Positions 14,090-26,100 of a stretch of DNA of 64,000 bases are shown in pieces (position 1 is the stretch's first letter; each line of letters opens with the position of its first letter). The notes under the pieces were generated by a model. It was not told the origin of the DNA, ran no database searches, and was given only the letters and a program-made list of their open reading frames with translations. The DNA is from Camelus dromedarius (lineage: Eukaryota). The stretch lies in contig NC_087436.1 of assembly GCF_036321535.1 (NCBI RefSeq), positions 73,844,001 to 73,908,000 of the forward strand, written 5' to 3'. Made by a program: the position numbers and the translations under genes.

Positions 14090-14760
14090 GTTTAAAATGT
14101 TTCATTGAGTAGTTGTGTATGTACACACAGAGAGAAGAAAATACATGTAAGTATATAGCTTGGTGAATTTTCATAAGCTGAATACATCAGTATAATTAAC
14201 ACCCAGAACCAAAAACAACCTAACGAGCATCCCAGATGCTCGCCTTGTGTCTCTTCCAGTTACTACCTCCCATTCAGAGTACTACTGTTCTGACATGGAT
14301 GGACCTTGAGGGCATACCAAATGAAATAAGTCAGACACAGAAAGACAAATAACATGATCTCACTGATATGTGGAATCTAAAAACAGAAACAAAAAATCAA
14401 GCTCATAGATACAAGTAAGAGATTGGTGGTTGCCAGGGATGGGGGTAATGCTGTAGATGTGTTTTGCTTGATTTTGTACTCCGTATTAATTAAATCATGC
14501 GGTATATACTTGTTTGTATCTCTTCTTTTGCTCAAAATTTGTGGAACTTACGCACATTTATTATATATGGTTAGAATTTATTCATTTTTAATACTATGCA
14601 AAATTCCATGGTTTGAATATACCACAACTTATCCATTTTACTATTTATATGCATTTGGGTGGTTTGCAATTTGGGGCTTTTATGAATATTGCTACTATAT
14701 ATGATACATTCTATTAACTTGGTGTACATATGCATGAATTTCCTAGGACATTTCATAGTT
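14090..14760 (-). mobile_element. Old L1M 3' fragment interrupted at 14295-14445 by a sense L1 piece
   Basis: Antisense L1M motifs 'gtatatagcttggtgaattttcataagctgaatacatcag' and 'ttccatggtttgaatataccacaacttatccatt'. Confidence 0.65.
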
Positions 14761-15328
14761 TCTTATCCATAGTCAGTGAACTGTTAAGTATTCTTCAGTG
14801 TTGCGGTCAATATATTTACTAGATGTACCTTATTCGAATGAGAGCTGTAGTTGCAGGTATTAACCAAGTTCTTCCATTCGATAGATGTTTCACTGGACTT
14901 TGCCTATACTTAAGATTCTTAACATGTATTCTGGTTAAGTATGCACATGCATGGTTTTCACTGGACTGAGTGCTTTCCAATTTTATTTTACTTACTTGCG
15001 TATCCCAGCACCTGGCACAGTACCTACAATACAGTAAGCTGATGGAGTGAATGGTAATAGCCGTCACCATTGGCAGTGATTAACACAGCTAGTCCCCTTT
15101 GTTCTGTGAACCATCTAGCTAAGGTAAAAACCTTGCTTTAGTTTGACATCTCAGAGTCAAAGAGTCAAAGGATTAGGAATGGGAAGTGATCACTCTCTGA
15201 GAAGCCCAGAACTGAGGGCTCAGAACTAAACATGCTATGTGGTTAGAGGAAATTTCTGTGGCTTTACAAGCCTCTTAGAGATTTCATGTGTTAACAGTAG
15301 TGATTCCAAGGGATAGTGTGGGGGCCAG

Positions 15329-15425
15329 ATATAAATAGCAGAACACAAATGGGGTAATGTGCCACTGCCAAGCTACTGCTGGGGGTGTTTATAAAAAGAA
15401 AAGCATTCCCTTCTCAGCTCTCAGT
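15329..15425 (+). promoter_or_regulatory. ART3: Candidate proximal ART3 promoter (MEF2-like site, E-box, TATA box, Inr-like site)
   Basis: ATATAAATAG 15329-15338, CAAATG 15346-15351, TATAAAA 15390-15396 and TCAGT 15421-15425 about 30 nt downstream, in unique sequence, followed by a splice donor at 15531. Confidence 0.6.
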
Positions 15426-15530
15426 GTCAACAACCTCCCATCCTGAAGACACATTCACCACAACTGAGAGAGTGGGGAAACAGTTTGAGACCTAGCATCA
15501 TTTAAACCTTCTCCACAGGCAGAAAGCCAG
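15423..15530 (+). other. ART3: Candidate non-coding first exon of ART3
   Basis: Runs from the Inr-like site to CAG|GTAAAC; contains no ATG; lies 1.2 kb upstream of the ATG exon. Start is approximate. Confidence 0.6.
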
Positions 15531-16602
15531 GTAAACATTTTGACTTATTTACATTCATTCTACAGAAGTGAAGAATTTCCCAGAAAATCCTGATTTGGAG
15601 CTTGCTTGGCATATACTGCCTTGTAACAGTTATTTGTCAAGTATTAAATTCCAAATCTTTTTTATAAAGGGTAATTTAACACAAAAGTGGCATTTTGGTA
15701 CTATCTTTTAGTACATTTAGTGAAATAAACTGCTCCTAAAAGAAGATGGGAATCTGGGGCCAAAGGGAAGACTATCTTCTTTCCCCTGTGCTGTTCATCC
15801 CCACTTTCAGATGCCAGAATATGGTGATTGGTAGGATAAAAAAGAGATTTCAGTTCCAGTAATGTGAACCTTGTTGTAGGTGCATGGCAAGAATTATAAA
15901 CCAACCCTAAATTGAATCAGTTAATGACTCTGGGATAGCTTTAGCCCTTGAGGGCCTCTTGCCCTTCTGTTTGTCTGTTTCCATCTCATGAACAAGGGGA
16001 TGAATATTGGACATTCAGCCAACAGAGTTATATAATCTTACTAGAATTGCTACCTGCCCAGTTCCTTCTTACTCTCATTCCTGCCTTCAGAATGTTATGC
16101 AAAACACTTGTTTTATCTTTGGCTTCTCTTAAATGTGAGTATTTGGAAGAAGAAGACCCCCTCGGATAACCTAGTTTTTACCACTGCTGGCCTCCACCCT
16201 ACTCAAATGGGCATAACTTGGTTTGCAAAGAGGACAGAAGAATGGATGGTGTGCGTAGATACTAACTCCTGGAGAATTCTTGGAACCTGGGAGCTAGGGG
16301 ACCAATTTGAAATGGTTGTTTTTTAGTGATTTCCTGTGTATGCTGAGAGGAGGTTTAGAGATAGGAAGAAAATATGACTACTAATGACTATGGTGGGAGA
16401 AACAACATGTCTAGAGGAAAATAGAAATGGACAGATTTAATCCTGAGCAAATTGCTGAAGTCCTCTGAGCTTTTTGTTTCCTCATCTGTAGAATGAGGGT
16501 GTTAGACAACAGACAAAACCTAATGGCCCTTTTAGCCATTGGAAATTTATTAATAATAACTTCCTAACCACCATGATATCCACTCTTATCTAGAATGAAA
16601 AA

Positions 16603-16605
<3 letters not shown>

Positions 16606-16640
<35 letters not shown>
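16606..16640. repeat. (TG)17 microsatellite
   Basis: Directly visible about 90 nt upstream of the acceptor at 16727. Confidence 0.95.
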
Positions 16641-16644
<4 letters not shown>

Positions 16645-16736
16645 ATACATATTACATCATCCTGTTCTACTTCCCTAAACCTTTTTGTAAAGATCTCCTA
16701 ACTTGGAATTCCTTCATTTTAATTTAGAAGAGAAAA

Positions 16737-16805
16737 ATGAAGACAGGATATTTTGCAGTGGTTACCGTGCTGCTGGCACCTATGATTCTAATGGACATCT
16801 TCCAG
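16737..16805 (+). CDS. ART3: ART3 first coding exon, signal peptide MKTGYFAVVTVLLAPMILMDIFQ
   Basis: Acceptor tttag|AAG (exon from 16728), ATG at 16737, donor CAG|gtaat, phase 0; matches the recalled human N-terminus MKTGHFEIVTMLLATMILVDIFQ. Confidence 0.95.
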
Positions 16806-17589
16806 GTAATGTTAGGAATGGGAAGCATGTGGTCACTGGAATGGGAACGCTTGATATAATGTTGCCTGAGGCATTTGTGTGGGTTAATGATGAAAATGAC
16901 AACAGATGGAATAGGTAAACTAGTTGTTTTACAAGTAGCTCTTTTATACATTGATACATGTTAACTGTAGAACATTGAAAAATTAAAATTAAGCCAAGAG
17001 AGGAAAGTGAAAATTATCCACAATCCTTCTGACCCTGAGAGACTCCTAATTTGTTGGTGTATATTCTTCTTAGCTTTTTCCTATGTGTTTGTGTTTATAA
17101 TTTACAAAAATGGATTCACACTATACATAGTATTTTTTTAACCTTTTTAAGTTAATACTGTGCTACAGGTATCTGTGCCATCAAATATTCTGAAAAATAT
17201 GTATTTTTCTCTAGATAAGATGGCACTGCAATGTTTGTTTACATGTTTTCCATTAAACTGTATAATGACCATTTTCTTACATTCAGTATTCTTTTTTTCT
17301 GATAGAACTTTTATGATTTTATTTTTTGCAATAGACTATTTAAACATTCTGTAACATTTTTTTATGTAGAATAGAAGCCAGATATCTCACTTGGTTTGTT
17401 TTCCCCACCTTGTTAGCTGTCACATCACTACTGAGTATTTGTCCACTGACTTGGTGTATCTTCTTTAAAATGTGTTAAATTCTTAAAATTTTATCCATTT
17501 TGAATTTAATATTCTGATCTATTATTTATAGAATCATTGTGTATTCTGTTACTTGGTCTGCAGTGTGACTTATAAACATTTCATGTATA

Positions 17590-18330
17590 ATACACATATA
17601 AAAATTTACCATTTTAAAGTGTACAGTTCAGTGGGTTTTGTATATTCACTATATTGTGCAACCATCACTATTGTCATTATGGGACATTCTTATCATCCCC
17701 AAGAAGAAAACCTGTAGCTGTTAGCAGTCAGTCCCAGTTCCCTCCTTCTGCATTTGCCCAGTAACCGCTAATCTGTTTTCTGTCTCTGTGGTTTTGGGTA
17801 TTCTGGACATTTCATCTGAATGGAATCATACAATATGTAGCCTTTTGTGTGGCTCTTTTTGCTTAGCATAACATTTTCAAGATTTATCCATGTTGTAGTT
17901 GTAGTATTAGTACTTCATTCTTTTTATATAGATTAATAATATTCCATTGCATGGTGATGCCACATTTTGTTTATCCATTCATTAATTGATGGACATTTGG
18001 GTTGGCCCCACTTTTTGGTTCTTAGGAATGAATAGTCCTTTCACGAACTTTCAGATCCGGATTTTTGTTTGTGCAAACATACGTTTTCAGTTCTCTTGGG
18101 TATATACCCAGCAGGGATATTGCTGTGTCATGTGGAGACTCTATGTTTAACATTTTGAGGAACTGCCAAACTGTTTTCTACAGTGACTGCACCATTTTAC
18201 ATTACTTATACAGAAATGTGTGAAGGTCCAGTTTCTTTACATCCTTGCCAGCGCTTGCTGTTTTCCTTTTTTCCCCTTATCTTTATAGCCAAACTAATGA
18301 GTGTGAGTTAATATCTTGCAGTAGTTTTGA
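17590..18330 (-). mobile_element. L1MB-like 3' fragment
   Basis: 'aaaatttaccattttaaagtgtacagttcagtgg' and 'ttttgaggaactgccaaactgttttc'. Confidence 0.85.
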
Positions 18331-19159
18331 TCTGCCTTTTTAATATTCTTTTGCAACTTAATTTTGATGTGTTTATTTTATGAATGTTTCATAATTTAAC
18401 CAATTTATTTTTTAACCATTTAGGTCATTTTCACATTTTTGTAATAAATTTTTGGTAATTGAAATTTCATCCATATGGGCTTTTATTTCAGTGGATAACT
18501 CAGAGGAAGAAAATATAATCAGTGTGTTCACCTTTGTACCTGTCCTTAACTGTCCATTCAGTTTTCCCTAAATGATTGTGGCATTTGTAAACTTTTTGAC
18601 TGTTCAAGGCACTCACTGTACAGAACACACAATCAACCGTGGCATTGGGCCAAAAAGGCTTAATGCCTAAAATTAGATGTGTGGAGACTGGCTAGAAGCA
18701 CAGGGGAAAAGACAGGGACATATTGGATCAACTCTTGATACGATGTGAGGAATGTGGGAGGTGATTTCAGGGTACGATGTCTTATAATATGTTGAAGTCT
18801 TGAAGATAAATTAGGCGTTGGTGCACAAGATGCACCCTGGTACATTCTGTGCTGCAGAGTAAAGTGCATTTCTTGGCTAGGAGATGGCAATGATTTGATC
18901 TTCTAAAGCTCAAATTGCCACTTCAAGAAACTGACCTACAGACCCAGGAGTTCAGGGTTCTCAATAAGTTCCCCAGCAGAATATTCTGTGGCTGATAATC
19001 AAGACAGTTTTTGATGTTGGCCCAATTCCAATGCTTGTAAAATGGTGTTATGGATTGTCTACCCAACCTTTTATAAGGGTTGTTATGAGGTTGAAATTCA
19101 ACTAATTTTTTTAAAAGTGCTGTATGTAAATGTCAGTGGTCTTCATCATTAGAAACACA

Positions 19160-19370
19160 ACATTTTGGTTAAGACAACAGACTCTGGAGCCAGATTTCCT
19201 GGGTTCAAATTCAGTTCTAAACAAGTAACTCAGTCTCTCTGTGCCTTAGTTTTCCTCATCCCTAAAAAGGAGACTAATAATAGTACCTACTACCTGCCTC
19301 ACAGGGTTACCATGAAGATTAAATGAGTTAATATATATGAACACTTAGTGCTTCATATATAGAAAGCACT
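19160..19370 (+). mobile_element. MIR SINE
   Basis: 'gactctggagccagatttcctgggttcaaat...ctctgtgccttagttttcctcatc...gattaaatgagttaata'. Confidence 0.85.
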
Positions 19371-19569
19371 CTGTAAAAATTTTTAGGCCTTAATGATGGA
19401 GTGGCCACAGTGGGTGACTGAGAAGGAGAAATCTAAGAAAATTTCACAAACCTTATTGTATAATTTCTGTACAGTAAATGACATATAGTTCAGATGTACA
19501 ATTTGATGAATTTTGATAGGTATATACACCTATGAAACCACCACCACAATCAGGATACCTCACATTTCC

Positions 19570-19770
19570 ATCACTCCCAAAGAGGTGCAAATTTCGAACT
19601 CCCAATTTATCCCTTCCCAAGCCATTTATCCCCTGGTGTAACCATAAGTTTGTTTTCTATGTCTGTTTCTATTTTGTAGCTAAGTTCATTTGTGTCTTTT
19701 TTCTTAGACTCCACAAATAAGTGATATCATATGGTATTTTTCTTTCTCTTTCTGGCTTACTTCACTTACA
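19570..19770 (-). mobile_element. Short younger L1 3' fragment
   Basis: 'aaccataagtttgttttctatgtctg...gactccacaaataagtgatatcatatgg'. Confidence 0.75.
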
Positions 19771-20666
19771 AATGAATATATGGTTTTATATAAGGACGAA
19801 GTTAGTGGCAGTTGGAGACAGTAAGATTCTAAATTTGGTCTTGGTCTTAGACTATTTTGTTTGAAAAGTCTTTGAGCAATTCAAGTGGAGTTATTAAGTA
19901 GGCAGTTGATGTACAGTTCTTGCACTTACAGGACAAGTCAGAGGTAGTTAGATGATAGTTGAAACTATGGGCATTTATAAAATTGCCTAACAGTAGAATT
20001 GAGAGTTAGAAAATAAGTTGCCTTGAGAAACTCCAGTGTTTAATGGCCAACTAGAATATGCTGGATCTGCAGAGGAGTCTAAGAAATGTTCCCTTAGTGA
20101 GCACTGTTTGGATGGAGGAATGGAGGTTGGAAACCAGATTGAAGAGGGTTGAGATAGGAGTGGAAATGAAATGGAGATGGCAAAGATAGATATCTCTTTG
20201 AAGAAGTTTGACTCTGACGAGAGAAGAGAGATAGTGGGAAGGAGATAGTGTGGGATATGGGATCAAGTTTTACTTTCCTTCTAAAGTTGATTCTCCACCT
20301 TGCTTTCCTCCCCACCATACCCGCGCACTTCGAGAATCATTCACTTGGAGCCTACAACTTTAACAGGTCCTGGCTAAGAGTTTGTATAAAGTCTCCAACT
20401 GAGGTTGCAGCTTATGCAATCAGTATACCATACAAGTATAGAGCAGCGGAAGGAGTCAGTGATACGGAAGTTCCCACCCTTTAATTTGTAGAAACCCTTA
20501 GATGGTGTCTCTGAGCAAGCAGGTTTGCTCATCTTGTGTTTTGACCCATAGGCCAGAGCACAGAGTTCTTATTTAGTTCACCTGAATATTTTGCTATACT
20601 AGAAGCTTGGCATTCAAAGGGTAAATATGATACATATCCTGTCCTTGAGAAACTTACGGTAGAATA

Positions 20667-20811
20667 CAGTCTGTCCTCCATATCCACACATGCATGGCCC
20701 CAAGGATATGGAGGGCCGACTGTTCTCATTGTACTACACCACTTTTACAGGAAACTTGAGCATTTTGGATTTTGATATCATTGGGGTCTCCTGGGTACTG
20801 AGGGATGGCTG
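20667..20811. mobile_element. Short Tigger-type MITE
   Basis: TA-cagtc at the left end and ggctg-TA at the right; internal inverted pair cagtctgtcctccatatcc / ggatatggagggccgactg. Confidence 0.65.
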
Positions 20812-20849
20812 TACATTATATTTCTATTATGAAATAATAAAAAATAACC

Positions 20850-21110
20850 ACAGCTTCTTAAAGGCTTGATGTGTGCCAGGCATGGGGCTAAGGACTTTGC
20901 ATATATTCATTGTATCATTTAATCCTCACAGCAATCCTGCAATTAAGGTACTATTTCCTCACTTAATCCTCATTTTTTTAAATGAAAAGAATTGAAACTC
21001 AGACATGTTAAGTAACTTTCCCATAAGTAATTAGTACCTAGTTAGTAACAAGTGGAATTTGAACCCAGATCTGTCTGGCTCCAAGCTAGTGTTAATTACA
21101 CTACACCACC
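20850..21110 (-). mobile_element. MIR SINE
   Basis: 'catttaatcctcacagcaatcct...gttaagtaactttccc...ggaatttgaacccagatctgtctggctcc'. Confidence 0.85.
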
Positions 21111-22004
21111 CTGCTTCTTACGTTATGTGTATAGTTTAAGGATGCATTAGGCCTTTTCCAGTTGTGTATAACAGAATGATGATTGAAACTAGCTCAGGTA
21201 AATAGGGAATTTATTGATTCTTATAACAAGTAAAATATAGTCTTCAGGTACAGCTAGACTCAGGCCTTAAGTAATGTTATCAGGGCCTCATCTCTCTCCA
21301 CCTCAGCTCTGCAAACCTCTTTGTTGGTTTTATTTGCAAACAGGATTCTCCATGGAACCAAAAGCGTAACAATTGGCTGATCCAAGGCAATAGTTATCGT
21401 TAGAGCTTATGGTTATTGGGAAAGAAAGCCTTTTGTTTTTCTGAGAGTGCTCTGGTTTGTAAACCTTCATCACTGCTTATCATACGGGCTGAAGATGCAG
21501 AATCAGTCCTAGCCAAACCACACAGACAAGGGAGTGGATGTCCTCAAAGAAAAAGGCATAATATTTGCCATTATGTATGTATCCATCATGTACAGTATTT
21601 CACACAAGATTTTTCATATTCACTCAGCAATCTTGAATGGTTGAGGAAATCTAGCTAAGAATATTGTTTAAAAAAAAACCAGGACTGCCACCCATGTCTT
21701 CAGTTTCACACCCATTATTCTCTCCTTTGTATCTGTACAGGGTTCAGATGAGTGAGCTACAGGCGTGGTCATGCGTACACTTCTCACCCGCTAACATACT
21801 CTTTCATACAAATAGGTCACAGCTGAGAGAAGTTATCACTAGCAGTGGAATATACTTCCTGTGTAAAAAACATATCCAAAGTTCACTGTAAGCAAGGGAG
21901 AGAATCTTGGCAAGGCATGACAGGATGGGTGCAGTAGGGTGAGAGAAAATAATATATACTAAATATCTTTATTTCAAGAGTATTAATTTCCTTTTCCTTT
22001 GAAG

Positions 22005-22713
22005 GTAAAGGCTGAAATATTAGACATGGCAGATAATGCATTTGATGACGAATACCTGAAATGCACTGACAGGATGGAAATCAAGTATGTTCCCCAACTG
22101 CTCAAGGAGGAAAAAACAAGCCTCCAGCTTTTGGAAGATGTGTGGGAAAATGCAAAAGCCAAGTGGGAAGTTCGGAAGACTCAGCTCTTTCTCCCTGTGA
22201 GTTTTAAGGATAACCATGGAATAGCCCTGATGGCATATATTTCTGAAGCTCAAGAGCAAACTTCCTTTTACCGTCTGTTCAGTGAAGCTGTGAAAATGGC
22301 TGGCCAATCTCGAAAAGATTACATCTATGGCTTCCAGTTCAAAGCTTTTCATTTTTACCTGACAAAAGCCCTGCAGTTGCTGAGAAGATCTTGTGAGGAC
22401 AGTTACAAAAATGTGGTGTACAGCATAAACCAGAATACATCATTTACTTTTGGAGGGCTGAACCAAGCCAGATTTGGCCATTTTACCTTGGCATATTCAG
22501 CCAAACCTCAAGCTGCTAATGACCAAGTTCTGTTAACCATCCACACATGCTTTGGAGTTGCCATTGAAAATTTTTTTGATAAAGAAAGTGAAAGAATTAT
22601 TTTAATACCTCTGAACGAGATTTTTCACGTGTCACAGAATGAGGCTGGCAATAACCTTATCCTTCAAAGCACAAACAAGACCTGCAGCCATTATGAGTGT
22701 GCATTTCTAGGTG
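22005..22713 (+). CDS. ART3: ART3 large exon, ecto-ADP-ribosyltransferase (ARTC) fold
   Basis: 709 nt, VKAEILDMADNAFDDEYLKC...FKAFHFYLT...CSHYECAFLG; acceptor ccttttcctttgaag|, donor G|gtaagt, phase 0 to 1. Confidence 0.98.
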
Positions 22714-22942
22714 GTAAGTGTCTCTGTTCGGTCTGTGCTTGTCTGGGAGGGAAGGAGTGGGTATTGTAGGCCCAAGGAGAGATCGGGAAGGAAATTGGGA
22801 GGCGTTTGAAAGGAGAACAGATATTGATGTCTTCCATCTATCTTCTTTCATACTGTTAGTTTCCTTTTCTATAATTTAATTTTGTCAAAATAATACATTT
22901 ACAGTATTATTGAAAGTTAGAAAAATGAAATAGTAACTTAAG

Positions 22943-23135
22943 GCAGTGGTTCTCAACCAGGGGCAGTTTTGCCCTGTAGGGTCAGTTGACAGTAGCTGGA
23001 AACATTTTTAATTGTCCCAACTACCTCTAGTTGCTACTAGCATTTAGTGGGTATATGCCAGAGAACACTGCTAAACAACACAGGATAGCTCCTCCCCCGC
23101 CAACAGCAAAGAGGTACCCGGCTCAAAACCCTACT
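22943..23135 (+). mobile_element. MER20-like hAT element
   Basis: Starts 'cagtggttctcaaccaggggcagttttgccc'. Confidence 0.75.
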
Positions 23136-26100
23136 TATAAGGCTTATAGTGAAAAGTAGCAACCTACTGCTTCCTGTCCACGATTCCCACTCCTCAGTGC
23201 TATGTATTCTTTTTTTTTTTTTTTTAGGTACTTACTGTCATGTTTCTAAGTAACTAACATGCTTCAGTACATTCTTTCTTGATTTAAAAAATTTTAGACA
23301 TTGTTTATTACTTCCCACAATAGAGAATGAGTACTTAGCTCTAATATATCCTGCATTAGTTAGGAATTTTTTATTCTATTCAGCTGTAACAGAAAACCTG
23401 CCTGGTGGCTCTTGTCTAATAAGAAATCTAGAGGTGAACTGTCCAGAGTTGGTACAGAGGCTTAGCAACATCATCAGTATGTAGACTCTTTTTGTCTTTC
23501 TTGTCCACCAATTTTAGCATTTTGGTTGTTGATTTATGTGTGCAATGTGACTTTTGGTAGCTGTAGGCATCAGTCTGTGTTCAAGACAAAAAGGAAAGAA
23601 GGATGGCAGCCAGATCTGCCTGTTTAATCAAGAGAGTAAAAGCTTTCCCAGAAACTCCAAGTAGACTTCTGATTGCGTATCACTGACCAGAACAGCTACT
23701 TGGTCATCTGTTACTATAAGAAAATCTTGAAAATAGAGTAATTAGCTTTTCCAGTTTCTATTGTGTAAGGGAACAGAGGAGAAGAGAACTAGAAATGGCT
23801 GTTAGGTCAGTAAATTTAAAGTATCTGATAACCACCACCCCCCTCAATATTTGTGCATCTCCCCTTCCCGTTCTCTCAGTGTAGTAAAGACTGGTACCTT
23901 TTACTTTTTAAGTACTTATTTTATCCCGGAGCTATTAGTTGTATGATTTTCTCTTTCCTTAATTTTTAATGTCCCAGTAATAATTTATTCCCTGAATCGT
24001 TAGAACTATAAATCTCCTCTTAATACATTTAGGCATATCAGATACTCCCTATTTTTTTCCTGGATATATTTCTTCCAGATTCCATCGTCTTGCTTTATGA
24101 AAATGTTCTGAAATCTTTCCTCATTCCTATTCTGAGATTTTCTTTTGCTTCTCTCATGTGAAGAATCCCCTATATCTCGGATTTCTTCCTCTTTCTTAAA
24201 TTACTCCTTAGAGGTAGGAGATCTTCAGAAGTTTTCTGAGAAAAAGAACACTGAGGCAAATCTTCTGAGATTTTGCATCTGAAAAATCTATCTTTAGGAT
24301 TGAGTAATAGTTTATAGATTTATATTTCTGTTTCAGAAGTTATTTTCCTTGGAATTTTGGAGGTTTTCTTCCATTGTCTTTTAGTTTCTGGTGCTACTGT
24401 TAAAAAGTATGAAGCCATTCTAATTACTAAAACTTTGAATGAGACCTGCTTTTTTTTCCTCTGGAAGTCTTTAGGATGTTTTCTTTATCCCTAGCAACCT
24501 GAAATTTTATGATATTGTGCCTTGGTGTATATGAGTAAAGGGTTAACAAACCCTTTCTCCATCCTATGAAAATAGCCTCCCGTTGACCTTCTTCTAGCAC
24601 TATTTGTCTGTAATCTACTAAAGATGGAATGACAGCTGTGTAACCATGTAACACTGCCTAATGGGAAACATAACCCTCGATTGGTAAAGTGCATCTGGGC
24701 TGAGAGGTTGTGAATGAACTATTAATACTTGGAGGTAAGTCATAGTTTTGCACATTCCTGAATGTGATGTGACATACCAAAGTGTTCTTGCCGAGTCCTG
24801 AAAGTACACTCATGGACTGATTGGTAAAAGAGATGTTGTCTTCTATATATGGAATGAGACTACTGCTAGGATGCATCCTGCACCCACCTGTGTAATCTTG
24901 TTTCTTTGTACCTGAGATGTTGTTCTGGGGGCTGAAGAATAGCCCTGGACTGCTGTGAAGACTTGCATTGAAGGTATATATCTCATGCTATCCTGTAAAG
25001 AGTATGCTGTGTTCCTTGCCTTGCATTCTTTTGCAAAACTGAGTAAACTGATGAGTGGGTGGCCTTTCTGGGTCTTAAGAGTGTGATTATCTAGCTGAAC
25101 CCAAAACTACGGTTGCTGGTCAGAGTGATTATTGCAGTATAGGGCCTTAGAAGTGGGATAGACTTTTAGACCTTGACTCAGTGTGCCAAGGGATTATGAG
25201 ATAAAAAAGAATGGGTAGAGAAGTACTAATGGGACATTATACCTGCGTAGGGTTTAGGGGGTAGGGTGGGGCAGTTTGGGAGGGGAGCTGGTCCACTTTT
25301 GATTTAATGGTAGAAGCTATTATTTAAGGAAATCTTCATGCTTAGGGTTGTATATTTGTACCATCTGCACTTGCATGATCCTAAGAGTGAGTGCACTCTT
25401 AAATTTTGTACTCTAGGTACCTCATTTGCCTCACCCTAGTCCTGGCTCTGAGTTTTGAGTGAGAATGTTCTTCTGTAAGGGGCAGATGAAGACTGGAGTG
25501 AGTTAATTTGTGCTGAGAGGATAAGTGTCCGTTTCCCTCACCCAGCGAGGCCATTTGGAGCCGGCTCATACTGGTTGACTGTAGCTGACAGTAGCTGACT
25601 GTAGGCATATACTCTTCCCTATTCCTCAAACATCAAAGTAGCTTAATATTGGCCATGATTGAGAGTTACACCATAGACATCAGCAAACACTGCAAATCAG
25701 GACCTTCATTCTCCAGCTCAGAAACTGCTCAATTTTATCAGCACATGATAGGCAGGAATCCAGCTGCAGCTAGGCTGACAAAATGATACCACTTTTGGTG
25801 CTCCTGATTCTTTCAATCACATGCCATTTGTAGAGGCGTTGGTTATATACAAGCCCTGGCTGCAGTAGCTACTGTAAGCCAATCAATCACTGGTATCTGA
25901 TTGATGGACAGAGGTGGGCAATGGAACCCACAGAGTCCATGTTTGTGAGTAGGATTATGATGAACAAAAAGGCTGGAGCCATTGGGTTGATGCAGAATGA
26001 GCCAGGGCTCAGACCTGAGTGGGAACGTGCATCATGAGCCCAGCATGAGGAAGGGGGATAAGAATGGCCACACTCCTGTGAGCTTGCCCAGAAAGTCAGG

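Noticed and set aside
22020..22352. 110-aa antisense ORF over the ART3 large exon
   Set aside because: Shadow frame of a coding exon, with a non-ATG start and no recognisable homology.
22422..22424. Ser instead of the human Arg in VVY(R/S) as a lineage-specific loss
   Set aside because: As I recall, mouse Art3 also has Ser here, so it is unlikely to be lineage-specific; this needs an alignment.
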